A model generated the notes under the pieces. The model was not told where the DNA came from. It ran no database searches and saw nothing but the letters and a program-made list of their open reading frames with translations. From contig OZ024741.1 in assembly GCA_964016885.1 (NCBI GenBank), positions 22,258,001 to 22,322,000 on the forward strand: a DNA stretch of 64,000 nt, written 5' to 3'. The DNA comes from Eledone cirrhosa. Lineage: Eukaryota. The stretch's first letter is position 1. Each line of letters starts with the position of its first letter. Both the position numbers and the translations under genes were made by a program. Shown one piece after another: positions 51,396-63,986 of this stretch.

Positions 51396-51694
51396 ATATA
51401 ATGTGGAAAGTGATACAAAATGGACGATAAGATGATGGTAATGAAAAAGTTACCTGGTAATCTTTGTTTTTTTTTGTTTTTTGTTGTTGTTGTTTCTTTC
51501 ATCCTAATATTTCAGAACTGAAAATTCCCTTCTTCGGAGTATAAAGAACTCTCAGAGAAAAATTAGGATGAAAGAAACAACAGCAACAAAAACAAAAACA
51601 AAAGCCAAAGATTACCAGGTAACTAACTTTTTCGTTACCTCATCTTACCTTCCATTTTGCATTGTTTAGCCTTCTATCACTGTCCACATTATAT
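51396..51694. repeat. Older imperfect fold-back inverted repeat in a GALNT intron
   Basis: gttacctggtaatctttg vs caaagattaccaggtaac; tttctttcatcctaat vs attaggatgaaagaaa. Confidence 0.88.
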
Positions 51695-51869
51695 ATTATA
51701 TACAATGTTTCAAGCAAACTACAACATTTTATCATCATCATTATCCTTTTACAGCCACTTTCCATGCTTGCATGGGTTGGACGGATTGTCATGGTTTGAA
51801 ATTAGACAGATTTGAAGCACTATGGCACATTTTTATCAAATTCTACACAATGTCCTTCCTAATGCCAAT

Positions 51870-52175
51870 CACTTTACAGTGTGCACTGGGTACATTTTAT
51901 CATGGCACCAGCACTACCACTTTACAGTGTTCAATAGGTACATTTTATCATGGCACCAGCACTACCACTTTATAGTGTTCAATAGGTACATTTTATCATG
52001 GCACCAGCACTACTACTTTATAGTGTTCAATAAGTACATTTTATCATGGCACCAGCACTACCACTTTACAGTGTTCAATAGGTACATTTTATCATGGCAC
52101 CAGCACTACCACTTTACAGTGTGCAATAGGTACATTTTATCATGGCACCAGCACTACCACTTTACAGTGTGCAAT
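51870..52175. repeat. 48-bp minisatellite, about 6 copies, inside an RTE/SINE-tail element
   Basis: Unit cactttacagtgttcaataggtacattttatcatggcaccagcactac. Confidence 0.92.
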
Positions 52176-52392
52176 ATTCAGAAACACAAGGGGGTGGGGG
52201 GTTGTCATGTTCTTGACAAAACTGAAGAATCCTCTTGACCATTTATTAAGTATGATTTCCATGGCTGGATGCCCTTCCTAACACCAACCAACTTACAGAG
52301 TGTACCTTGGTGCTGTTTGTTGTTGCACTAGTACTATATATACACAGTTGAAAAATGGGGTAACAGTTATAGTGTTATAGTTAAGTGCTTAC

Positions 52393-52527
52393 CCGTTCAG
52401 GATAGACATTTTTTAAATACCATTTGAAGGATTGGCACTCTAAAGATTTTCTAAGTGAGACTCTTTCTGAAATATCTCCATATTTTCTGTTTTTGGCAGC
52501 TCCATCAATAATACTGAAGAAGTATTT
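52393..52527 (-). CDS. GALNT11: GALNT11-like exon (end of catalytic domain)
   Basis: caaaag|[45 protein letters not shown]|gtaagc. YGDISER and FKWYL motifs. Confidence 0.92.
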
Positions 52528-52649
52528 CTTTTGGAAGTAAAATAATAAAAACATTAACAACAATAGTAATAATTAGTTTCTCAAACAATTAAAATTATTC
52601 ATAGTGTTTCTCTTTACACAGTATTTCAGTCAGATTCATCTCGAATCAC

Positions 52650-52888
52650 CACACCTGAAGATCTATAGTGTTGTATACCCTAGTACTTGACAGACCTGAA
52701 GATATATAGTGTTCTAGACATCATTTGACCCTGAAGATATACAGTGCTGTATACCCTAGTACTTGACACACCTGAAGATATACAGTGTTGTATACCCTAG
52801 TACTTGACACACCTGAAGATATACAGTGTTGTATACCCTAGTAATTCACACACCTGAAGATATACACTGTTGTATACCCTAGTACTTA
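52650..52888. repeat. Minisatellite of about 41 bp, 6 copies
   Basis: Unit acacctgaagatatacagtgttgtataccctagtacttgac. Confidence 0.9.
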
Positions 52889-53242
52889 CAATACCATATA
52901 GTGCATCCAGTGTAAACTTTGAATACACTAAAGTTATAGTAGAATCACAGGCTGGCTAACAAAGAAGAGATTTTTGTGTGACATGCACAGAGGTAATTAT
53001 TAGTAAGAGAGCGAACCAGTAAAATAAAGTCTTTCCAATGTATGGAAGACTCCACAGAAGTAGTTGATAGTTTTTTTGTTACCTAGGTGACCTAATTAAC
53101 AGTAGAGGAGGCTGTTCAGAAGACATAGTAGCTTGAGCAAAACAGGGTGGAAAGAGTTCAGGAAGCTATTATTTCTGCTGGCACTGAATGAATTCTCTTC
53201 AAACAAAGAGTAAATGATACAATTCTTGTATGTGAAATGCTA

Positions 53243-53434
53243 TAATTGTTTCTACTTTTGGCACAAGGCCAGCAATTATCCCAGTGTATTACTGGTACTT
53301 TATTTTATCAACCCCGTAAGGATGAAAGGCAAAGTTAACCTCGGCTGGATTTGAACACAGACCATAAAGGGTCGTAATTCTTTGCTTCAAAGCATGGCGT
53401 CCGACCCTCTACCGATACTGCCAATCCACTGCCC
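53243..53434 (-). mobile_element. SINE family A
   Basis: Reverse complement of the family consensus. Confidence 0.85.
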
Positions 53435-53529
53435 TATACAGGCGGTAGTGAGTATATGGTTGTGAGTCCTGGGGATTGAACAGAGAGGATGTGAGAAAGT
53501 TGGAAAGAAATAAGGGTGGCATGTCTTGT

Positions 53530-53838
53530 GAAGGCGTGTGACTTGTCGTTAGAGTATTCAGCTCACAATTGTAAGGTCGTGAGCTCGATTTCAGGTGGTG
53601 TGTTGTGTCCTTGAACAAGACACTTTATTTCACATTGCTAGCAAAAATGAGTTGTACCTGTAGTTCGAAGGATCAGCCTTGTCACACACTGTGTCACACT
53701 GAATCTTCCTGAGAACTATGTAAAGAGTACACGTGTCTGTGGAATGCTCAGCCACTTGCAAGTTAATTTCATGAGCAGGTTGTTCCATTGATTGTGTCAA
53801 CAGGAACACTTGATGTTGTAACCGATGGAGTGCCTCCA
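53530..53838 (+). mobile_element. tRNA-SINE with a head related to family B and a different 3' half
   Basis: Degenerate A/B boxes, then gtgttgtgtccttgaacaagacactttatttcacattgct shared with family B. Confidence 0.65.
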
Positions 53839-54474
53839 TATTCTACTGGATGTTAAATGTGATAATGTATGGTAGTGAGACCTGGGAATTGAACTCAGAG
53901 GATATGAGAAAGTTAGAAATGAAGCTGTGTAATGGATGTGTAATGTTAGGGTTAGGGTTAACATGAACAACAAAGAACAGATGATATTGAAGAAAAAACT
54001 GGGTATAAGAAGAATTAGGGGTAACGTGCAAGTATGGACACATCATACATATGGGGGTGGTTCTTAGGTGAGGAAGTGGCATAAATTCCAGGTAGAAGAC
54101 ACCTGAGGAAAGCTTGAGCAGAAGTGGTGAAAACTGGTTTCAGGATTTTGACCCTTACAAAGAGGATACTGAAAGAATGTGACATGTGGCAGGAAGGGAG
54201 CATGTGACATGTGGCAGGAAGGGAGTATGTGACATGTGACAGGAAGGGAGCTGTCTTGAAGAGGACTTATCTAATCTATGTAGCATGGTAAAGTGGACAT
54301 AAAACTGATGGTGATGATGAGGATTTTGATGATGATGATGATAATGACAATGATGATGATGATAATGCTGATGATGATGATGGTGGTGATAATGATAATG
54401 CAGTGCACCTGAGCACTGTACATAATTTTCGTTAGTATGATGATAATGATTGTGATGATGATGATGATGATAAT

Positions 54475-54928
54475 AATTGTTTCTAAGGCCAGCAATTATC
54501 CCAGTGTATTACTGGTACTTTATTTTATCGACCCCGTAAGGATGAAAGGCAAAGTTAACCTCGGTGGGATTTGAACTCAGACCATAAAGGGCCGTAACTC
54601 TTTGCTGTAAAGCATGGCGTCCCACCCTCTACCGATACTGCCATTCCAGATGATGATAATGCTGCTGCTGATGATGATGATAAAGGTGATAAGGATAATG
54701 TAGTGCATCTGAGCACTGTACACAATTTTCATTATTATGATGATGGATTGGCAGTATCGGTAGAGGGTCGGATGCCATGCTTTGACGCATAGTTACGGCC
54801 CTTGCCATTCTGAGTTCAAATCCCGCCGAGGTTAACTTTGCCTTTCATCCTTACGGGGTCGATAAAATAAAGTACCAGTAATGCACTGGGTAATTGCTGG
54901 CCTTGTGCCAAAAGTAGAAACAATTATT
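54475..54928. mobile_element. Inverted pair of SINE A copies (54475-54645 minus, 54744-54928 plus) within (GAT)n tracts
   Basis: Head-to-head family copies about 100 bp apart. Confidence 0.87.
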
Positions 54929-55025
54929 ATGATGATAATGATTGTGATGATAATGATGATGATGGTGATGATGATTGTGATGATAATGATGATGATTGTG
55001 GTGATGATAATGATGATGATTGTGG

Positions 55026-55072
<47 letters not shown>

Positions 55073-55112
55073 GTGGTGGTGATGGTTCTCTCTTTGAAGT
55101 AGAAATACTTAC

Positions 55113-55265
55113 AATATATCCATCCATCCAAACATGAGCAACACGAAGGGAATTCTTCAGCATGGTGTTTTCTCCTTTTGGGGAAGTATAAGGTCGACGA
55201 ACCCGGAAAACATGTCCGACTCTGGAACATGGCAATATCTTCAGATGCCCACCACACATCCATAT
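55113..55265 (-). CDS. GALNT11: GALNT11-like exon
   Basis: ctcag|[51 protein letters not shown]|gtaagt. PCSRVGH motif with the third metal-binding His. Confidence 0.95.
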
Positions 55266-55321
55266 CTGAGAAGAAATAAATTAAAATATATTAATTTGAG
55301 CGATTTCCGTCTGTCACACAA

Positions 55322-56050
55322 TGTGTGTGTGTGTTTGTGTGTGTGTATGTGTGTGTAAAAGGAAGGAAAGGGGTGGTGAAAAAACTATAGCAAAACAGCT
55401 GCTGGCGTTCCATTTGCTACTCTCTGTGTGAGTGTATGTGTGTGTTTGTGTGTGTGAATGTATGTGTGTAAAAGGAAGGAAGGGGGAGGTGAAAAAACTA
55501 TAGCAAAACAGCTGCTGGCGTTCCATTTGCTACTCTGTGTGTGAGTGTATGTGTGTGTTTGTGTGTGTGAATGTATGTGTGTAAAAGGAAGGAAGGGGGA
55601 GGTGAAAAAACTATAGCAAAACAGCTGCTGGCGTTCCATTTGCTACTCTGTGTGTGAGTGTATGTGTGTGTTTGTGTGTGTGAATGTATGTGTGTAAAAG
55701 GAAGGAAGGGGGAGGTGAAAAAACTATAGCAAAACAGCTGCTGGCGTTTCATTGACTACTCTGCGTGCGAGTGTATGTGTGTGTGTGTGTTTGTGTGTGT
55801 GAATGTATGTGTGTAAAAAGAAAGGAAGGGCTGGTGAAAAATCTATAGCAAAACAGCTGCTGGCGTTCCATTTGTTACGCTGTGTGTGAGTGTATGTGTT
55901 TGTGTGTGTGAATGTATGTGTGTGTAAACAGAAGGAAGGGGGTGGCGAAAAAACTATAGCAAAACAGCTGCTGGCGTTCCATTTGCTACTCTGTGTGTGA
56001 GTGTATGTGTTTGTGTGAGTGCATGCGTGTGTGTGTGTTTGTGTGTGTGA
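55322..56050. repeat. 113-bp minisatellite, about 6 copies, next to a GALNT acceptor site
   Basis: aaaactatagcaaaacagctgctggcgttcc recurs with period about 113. Confidence 0.93.
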
Positions 56051-56406
56051 ATTATGTGTGTGTGTTTGTGTGAATGTATGTGTATGTGTATTTGTATGAA
56101 CGTATGTCTGTGAGTGTGTATTTTTGTAAGCGTGTCTGCGTTTGCGCGTTTATATTTATATACTCATACATATGAGTATGCACACACACACATACATAAG
56201 TGTCAGCATGTTGAAAAAAATCCTAGTAAATAAAATTACAGACAGCAAAGTCTACTACATATAATATGTCCTGCTGGAAATAGCAGTCAAATCCCCTTCA
56301 AACTACACCCTAAAAAAATAAATGATACATTGGTTAAGTTACTTTTATATATACTAGACTGGATAAAAAGATAGCTGGTCATGGATGGAATAGCTTTGAT
56401 CATCAT

Positions 56407-56631
56407 GAGTTGCTGAAGCATGGAACAAACTACCTACCTATAAAACCTCCATGCTTCCTGAGATTCGCCAACACTACACCTGATATTCCCCCTCCATACA
56501 CATACACACATGTATATCCTGACTCATACACTATTCACTTCCCTGGCATTTGTATATTACTCTATGTACTATACATGCACCTTTGATGAGTTGTAGTGCA
56601 CCTGAGCACTGTACACAATGATTTCATTATT
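56407..56631 (+). mobile_element. CR1 3' fragment, tail-to-tail with the long copy
   Basis: Matches 3280-3535 with an internal deletion. Confidence 0.88.
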
Positions 56632-56636
56632 AAAAA

Positions 56637-58940
56637 ATAATAATAATAATGAAATATTGTGTACAGTGCTCAGGTGCACTACAACTCATCAAAAAGTGTA
56701 TGTATAGTACATAGGGTAATGTACAAGCGTCAGGAAAATGAACAGTACATGAGTGATGATATACACATGTGTGCATGTGTATGGAAGGGGGACATCAGGT
56801 GTAGTTTTGGCGAATTTCAGGAAGCATGAGTGTTTTAAAGGATGCAGTGTCTCGACAGCTAACAACTGACGCAGGCAGTTTGTTCCATGCTTCAGCAACT
56901 CTGAGCGTGAAAAAATGTTTCCGAAAGTTATGGGAGCTGTGCTGTTTTCTGATTTTGTAGGCATGTGTGTTAGACACATGGAGATCAAAACGGTGCTCAG
57001 GGTTGTTGTTGGCGAGATGGTTAATAACTTTGTGGGTGTTTACCAAGTCCATTGCCAGACGTCGGGGCTTCAATGAATCCATGCCCAGGGAAGCAAGGCA
57101 TTCAGAGTATGGTAGGTGTCTGATGGAGGGTATGCCCTTGGTTGTACGTCTCTGAACAGTTTCTAGGAGGTCAATGTTCTGAGCAAGATAGGGGTTCCTG
57201 ACTGATGATGTGAATTCCAAGAGTGGTTGTACCATAGCTGTATACAGCTTTAAATAGATGGCTGGAGAGCGGCTAACAAAGGTCTTGCTGAGTGATGCCA
57301 AGACACCCTCGGCCTTCTTGACAATCTTAGAGACATGCTTTGTCCAACGCAAATCGCTGCTGACAGTAATGCCCAGGTCACGTTCACAAGAGGACTTCTT
57401 GATATCAGTGTTGTGGAGGGAGTATGTGGACGCTGGATTTTTCCTCCCAAAATGCATGGTGGTACACTTGTCCACAGCCAGCTTCAGTTGCCAGTCTGTG
57501 ATCCATTGCTGCATTGTGTCCAGGTCTGATTGTAGGAAAGAGTTGTAGATTTCAGGATCAGTCCTTTTGATTTCAAGGTACAGATTGATGTCATCTGCAT
57601 ATTTCAGTACCGTGGCATTCTTTAGGTTGGCATCTATGTCATTAATATATGCCACAAACAAAAGGGGACCACGAACAGATCCCTGTGGTACACCAGATGA
57701 CATCTCATATGGTGAAGAATGCTGTCCTAGAAGTGTGACTACCTCTTTTCGGCTGAGAATGAAGTATTTCAACCAGTTAAAAAGATCATCCCTCACACCC
57801 ATTGCAGAGAGTTTTGCCATAAGTCTTTTGTGTGGCACAGAATTAAAAGCCTTAGCGAAGTCAAGATAAACAACATCCACCCATGAGCCACTGTCAGTGA
57901 TCCGGGTAATGTCTTCAAGGAACTCGATAAGCTGATCACGGCAGCTGGAGTTAGGGATAAATCCAAACTGCGAGGGCCGGATGAGGCTGTGAGAGTTCCA
58001 GAAGTTCCAAAGTGTTTCTCTGACACAGGATTCCATCAGTTTGGCCATACAGCTAGTAAGACTGACTTGACGATAGTTGACAGGTGACGTGCGGTTGCCC
58101 TTTTTGAACAGGGGAATGACACTGGCAGTTTTCCACTGCTCCGGAGTAGCACCATTGTTGAGACAGTATTGAAAGAAGAAAGAAAGCTGGTGCAAAAGGA
58201 AGTACCCGCCACATTTGAGAAGCAGGTATGTAACACCATCAAGACCAGGGGAGGCATAGTTGCACTTATTCTTAAGGTGACGTCGCAACATTGCAGGTGT
58301 AAATTCCATAGTTGTTATGGAATTTGATGTTAGAGATGGTGGAGATGGTACATTCTGGTTTTCAACAGTAAAAATGCTTGCATAGCACTCAGCAATGAGT
58401 TCTGCGCATTCTTTGGGATCATCAGTGATCTGGCTTGTGTGGGAATTGCGAAGAGGACCAACTAGAGAGTGAGGTCTCTGCTTTGAATGAACATATTTCC
58501 AGAACACCTTACTGTCAGGATTGGTTGCTATGCGCTGTTCAAATTCAAGCACTGCCTTTTTTGTCGCTTGAGGTGGTTGGAAGAGTTATTCCACTTTTTT
58601 CTGTTGGCATCTGATTTATGCAGTTTATATTCTCGTTCAGCGTTCCAACGTTCTTTCCTGGCAAGTCGGACCACTGAAGTTTCCCAAATTGCACTTTTGG
58701 GGTGGGTTTTTTTCTGCTTACGTGGCACCGATGCTACACACGCTATCCATATTGAGTCCAGGATGCTCTGGAGTATAGTGTTACATCTCCAGAGTTATAG
58801 AACTCATACCAGTTTGGGCGCTGTAGCCCAGTGCAGTACAAGTTCCAATCTGCTTTCTTCCAATCAAAGCAAGCAGATTGGAGATGGTTCTGGTTTTTGT
58901 TGCTGCCCGCAAGAGCCAGATTGGCAATGATCATAGCATT
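56637..58940 (-). mobile_element. CR1-type LINE in GALNT intron with uninterrupted 585-aa RT ORF (56795-58552); APE part truncated and frameshifted
   Basis: QFGF, YLDFAKAF, GVPQGS, YADD, ERDLG, VRNPY, WNKLP; same family as 770-3547. Confidence 0.95.
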
Positions 58941-59246
58941 ATATTATATTACATCAGTGTTACCTGTTGGAACACTGCATCCTTCAAAACTTCAATGCTT
59001 CCCAAAATTCGCCAACACTACACCTGATATTCCCCCTCCATACACACACATCCGTGTATGTGTGTGTTGTGCGTGTGTCTGTGTGTGTGTGTGTATAGAT
59101 GGAACAACATGAAATAAAGCTTCTTGATGAAGGACACAACACATTGCCCAGCCCGGGATTCGAACTCACAACCTCACAATTGTGAATCCAACTCCCTAAC
59201 ACAAAGTCTTCACAAGAAGAAACACCTGTTAGTAAATAAAACTTAC

Positions 59247-59364
59247 CCTAAATGAGATTTCCAAGTTTTCTCCCCCCCAAACATCCATACCCGAGTCATA
59301 TTTCCCCATCTCGTTAAAGTAATGACGTTCAATAGCAAACAAGCCACCAACCATAGTTGGAGTT
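59247..59364 (-). CDS. GALNT11: GALNT11-like exon (Gal/GalNAc-T motif)
   Basis: ctgcag|(K)[39 protein letters not shown]|gtaagt. WGGEN motif. Confidence 0.95.
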
Positions 59365-59930
59365 CTGCAGGTAGAAAAGAAAATAAAGTTTAATAAATTC
59401 TGAGAATTTATCTCTTTTGAAGATAGAAGATATTCACCTGTATAAAAATATACTTCAATTACGTACTGGGATAAGTTATCATCATTAAAAAAAAACACAC
59501 AGTCATTAAAATAATTTATCATCATTAAAATAATTTATCATCATTAAAAAAAAACACACAGTCATTAAAACAATTTATCATCATTAAAATAATTTATCAT
59601 CATAAAAAAAAACACACACACAGTCCACGCTGTAATGTGGTCATGTAGGTAACACAGTAAAAAGGCTCCCAGTCCAAAATATAAATGTGGTTCGTGTTAG
59701 GAAGGGCATCCAGACAGTCCTCTACGAGCGAGACACGGTCACCCAACCAATCTTGCCTCAAGTGGGACAATTCCCGTCTAACCCATGCTAGCATGGAAGA
59801 TAGACATTAAACGATGATGATGATAAGTACCAGTAATACACTGGGGTAATTGCTGGCCTTGTGCCAAAAGTAGAAACAATTATTAGTCTACCTTTCTATG
59901 CCTACATGGGCTGGATGAGTCTTCCCCAGC

Positions 59931-60227
59931 CATGGTTGGATTAAGACCTTGGAGGACCAGGGGCACTTCAGGTTAGGGGGGGGGGGTATACATAAAAAAA
60001 TTAGAATACACAGCAAACCCCCCCCCCCAATTTTACACATCAAAGTTAGCTTGGCACAAGTAATTAGAATTGAAAAGTTATACATACAGGTATTAAATTC
60101 AAAAATTCTAACCATCTTAATGCCCAGCTGAGGGCACAAATAAATTGCTACAGCCGTCACTGGTGGGGCTCCCATTGCAAGGGGTCAGGGAAATTGCCCC
60201 CTTTGCCCCCCAATAAATCCAGCCCTG
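59931..60227. mobile_element. hAT-type MITE with 8-bp target-site duplication
   Basis: TCCCCAGC at 59923-59930 and 60228-60235; termini CATGGTTGGATTAA and (rc) CAGGGCTGGATTTA. Confidence 0.8.
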
Positions 60228-60867
60228 TCCCCAGCACAGCTTTCTTCTACTTGACTTATTCCTTCATCATCTCTTCTGTAAGGTTCAACATTCTGAGATC
60301 TGTTCTTACCACTTCTACTCAGGTTTTCCTCAGTCTTGCTGTTCTGTAAGTGTCTGGCAATTACTCAGACTTGCTCTTCTTGGAATGTCTGGCATTTCTT
60401 TACCCACCAGTACAATCTTATATCTAGCATACTACATATGGTTTTTCCTTCTCATCTATGTCTCATCCTTTATCAACATTAACATTACACATCTAGTGGA
60501 GCATGCTTGCCTCATTTCTTTCTAACCTTCACGCATCTACAGTGAATGACTATATCTCACTCCCATGCATCATTCCAATTTGTATACAGGCATCATATAA
60601 TTTACCCTTTGCTTAGAGAGTAAATCTTTTTGCTGCCAGCAGAGATGATAGTTTCATGATATTGTTTCCAGTCTTCTTCTTGTTCTAGCTACTATGTCTT
60701 CTGAACACCCTCCTCTACAATAATTTCTACTTTTAATCCTCTGTTAACCCTTTCATGATCGCATTTCTAATGAAATACACTTTATTTTAATTAATTAATG
60801 AAGAATTTTGAGGGATTTATTGAAATTAATTATTTCATTACTAAGATAGTAACAAAATTAACCTTCA

Positions 60868-61023
60868 GGTTAATTTTGTCTTTTTGGTTAGGTTGGTAAC
60901 TAAAGGGTTAGGGGTTAAATTGTCTTTTGGGCCAGGTTGGTAACTAAAGGGTTAAGGGTTAATTTTGTCTTTTTGGCCAGGTTGGTAACTAATGGGTTAA
61001 ATTGTCTTTTTGGTCAGGTTGGT
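60868..61023. repeat. Tandem copies (about 4) of a TTAA-MITE terminus
   Basis: ttgtctttttggccaggttggtaactaaagggttaa repeated; matching left end ttaaccctttcatg at 60744. Confidence 0.7.
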
Positions 61024-61024
61024 A

Positions 61025-61240
61025 TCATCATCATCATCATCATCATCACCGTTTTACGTCCGTTCTTCCACGCTAGCATGGGTTAGACGGGTTGTCCTGT
61101 TGTGGGCAGTGTCTGGTCGGCTGACCATGCCTTGCTCATACAGGAACTGATTTAGCTTGATTTCTACAGCTGGATGCCCTTCTTAACACCAACCTCATTT
61201 ACAGTGAGTGCTGGGTGCTTTTTCGTGGCGCCTACACGTA
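61025..61240 (-). mobile_element. RTE/SINE-B 3' tail
   Basis: Reverse complement of 4060-4258. Confidence 0.8.
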
Positions 61241-61448
61241 ATATCTAAAGGGTTAAGTAGTTAATAATAGGAAGTGAATCCAACTAAAGGTAACTATCCT
61301 ACAATCTATTCCTTGCTCCCAATCATGCAAACATGAAAAAATGAAAATAAAACAAAAAAGGAAAATGAAGAGAAATTGTTCAAGTTATAGACTTCATTTT
61401 GTAAAATGTAGAACATTAAACTCTTGGAATGAATAAAATTATACCCAC

Positions 61449-61687
61449 TTAATTGGTGCAGCTAGAGGGACATTGTTGTATTTTGGTGGTAATGGGTCCC
61501 ACTGGTAATGTAAACCCCAGTTGAAACCACCACGTACACGGGGTGAAGCAGTGTAGGTGAATGTATCAGAGTTGATTGTGTCAACAAATGGGATGGCAAC
61601 TGTTTTACGATCTTTGGCAATTTGGAACAATAGTGGAGGTAACCAGTTGACATTTACTTCAATGTGACTATCCAGAAATACCAAAAC
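61449..61687 (-). CDS. GALNT11: GALNT11-like exon with DxH metal-binding motif
   Basis: tttag|[20 protein letters not shown]...[20 protein letters not shown]...API(K)|gtgggt. DSHIE and RGGFNWGLH are typical of the GALNT11/Pgant35A subfamily. Confidence 0.95.
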
Positions 61688-62023
61688 CTAAAATATAAAG
61701 AAAGTGTTTCACCTTTAACATCCTGTACCACACCAAACCACATTAGTAAGACAGTCTTGAAAAATACAAAACAACACTATGAGTGCATAACATTAACAAT
61801 TTAACTCTTTATTCTACCACTGGAAATTTCCACAATAACCTGCCCACTGGTAAAGTTGCTACAAATATCAGAATTAACAAACCTGTTTTTAGATATTTTC
61901 TGCTAAATCATTACAAGATTAAGAGTTAATAGAAGCTAATTAAACAGAAATTTGAAATTAACTTTTAAAAATTAATTTCAAAGCTACCTATATGACTATA
62001 TACATGGCTTTCAAATAATAAAA

Positions 62024-62325
62024 TAATGAAAATTATTGTGTCAGTGCTCAGGTGCACTACAACTCATCAAAGGTGCATGTATAGTACATAGAATAATATA
62101 CAAATATTAGTGTGTATGTGTTTGTGCCTGTCCACTATCTACTAAAGATCAGAGGTAAACAGATTGTGAAAGAGGAAAGAGACATGTAGTTAACATGTGT
62201 GTGTATCTGTATCATAACACATACACTTCCCTGACATTTGTACATTATTCAATGTACTATACATGCACCTTTGATGAGTTGTAGTGCACCTGAGCACTAT
62301 ACTCAATCATTTTCATTATTATTAT
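62024..62325. mobile_element. Inverted pair of CR1 3' ends (62024-62106 minus, 62220-62325 plus)
   Basis: gtgctcaggtgcactacaactcatcaaaggtgcatgtatagtac and its exact reverse complement. Confidence 0.88.
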
Positions 62326-62517
62326 TTTAAATGAAAGATAGAAAGAGATATAAAAAACAGAAGTTCCAATATGGAGGGAGTTGTAGCAGCCAATCAGCTT
62401 CATGTATTTCTAATCTATTATTTATCTGTTTTTTTTTGTTGTTGTTGATGATATTAGCCTCTTTGATTCTTTCCATTTGGATGATCTAATATAAAACTAT
62501 AGATACATAATACTTAC

Positions 62518-62642
62518 ATGTCCAGTAGCTTTTGAGGCTCCAAATATACGTGCTCTGATTAAACCTTCACGTTTTCTTGTTCTGAAAACTTTCACCATGG
62601 GGAAAGGATTGGTCAACTCCTCTTTTAAGTCTGTTAGATCAG
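62518..62642 (-). CDS. GALNT11: GALNT11-like exon
   Basis: ttgcag|(S)DLTDLKEELTNPFPMVKVFRTRKREGLIRARIFGASKATGH|gtaagt. REGLIRAR motif; phase matches previous exon. Confidence 0.93.
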
Positions 62643-63819
62643 CTGCAATAACAAAAAAAATAAATAAATATATTATATATATGTGTGTGTGTGTGACAGC
62701 TCACACCTATCCAGTCCCTTATAGATGATAGCTAGATTCTTTTCTTGTAAAAGTAAATTAGGAAAGATCTAATTAATACATTAAATATTTTCAGTTAAAA
62801 ATTAGTTAATACCAACATCATTATTGTTGATTTGTATATTTTTAAACTGAAATACAAAAAAATGAAAGACACAAACAGAAAATATCCAGGAAGACTTGGG
62901 ATGAGGTGATAAATGCTGACCTTGCACGTACCTCTTGAAGGCGATACAGGACTAAGATCTCTGGCATTATGCAGTGATATAGAAGATCTGCCTTTCCATG
63001 AGCACAGGTTGAAGCATACATCTAGTATGCACCACCTTCCTCTCCATCTCCATTCCAAACACCTCCCACCCTTGTCCTAACACTTCACCCACGTTCTATC
63101 ACTCTGCCCCTCAAACAAGTCCCTAGATTTATCTCCCCATCCCCACACACCTGCCCTACCCACACAGTAAAGTGGTCATGAAGGTGACACAACAAAAAGC
63201 ACCCAGCCCACACCGTAAAGTGGTCATGTAGGTGACACAACAATAACCACCCAGCCCACACCGTAAAGTGGTCATGTAGGTGACACAACAAAAAGCACCC
63301 AGCACAATAAAATCCTAAAATACCGGGAACTACGAAACAACTATTTTTTCCAGCCTGTGCTGTTCCAAATGGTGGAGCTGGGCCACTGACCGAAAGTTCT
63401 TGTCATTGTTTGCAGCTCACCTTACCAAGGTGTCAGGTGATTCCCATGAATGTACTATGTTGTATCAGCGCCTTAGCCCCGCCATCATGCACAGTAATGC
63501 TCCGAGCATATTGGTTTGCATCAAAAATTTCCGTTGACCCTTGTGCTGAATTAATGGTGGTGAATTAATGGTTGTTTTTGTTTGTTTTCTTTCCTTTTTT
63601 TTTCTCTCGCTTTGATCATATTATATATTTTTGTTCATTATATTTGTAAGGTTCCTAAATTAATTGTATTTATTATATGTGTTTATATCTATGCTTATAT
63701 TTTCATTCTGTAAGAACTATAAACAATTTGTAATGTACAATCATATATGTATATCGCTGCGGTTATCTCCCTTTACATGCATGTGAAAAATGTCAAACGA
63801 CAAAAAGAAACTTGCTTAC

Positions 63820-63986
63820 ATAGATCGCTGAAGTCATCAACAAGAATTATTTCATGGATCATTTCTGAAGGAGATCTTTTAACGACAGAGTTAATTGACC
63901 GAAATAAAGTTGACCGTGCTTCATTATAGAAACACATAACTACACTTGCTTTAAGTGGCACCTGTAATTGATATTCCTTTGGACAC
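63820..63986 (-). CDS. GALNT11: GALNT11/Pgant35A-like polypeptide N-acetylgalactosaminyltransferase, first exon visible in window (upstream exons lie beyond 64000)
   Basis: Acceptor tttcag, then [55 protein letters not shown], then donor gtaagc. GT27 FYNE and EIILVDD motifs. Confidence 0.92.

Noticed and set aside
52650-52888. Tandem CTGAAGA plus TATACA/TGTATA hairpin, resembling tandem hammerheads
   Set aside because: No GAAA or stem I/III follows the hairpin in any unit.
60900-61000. TTAGGG-like motifs suggesting interstitial telomere
   Set aside because: They are repeated aaagggttaa MITE termini, not a telomeric array.
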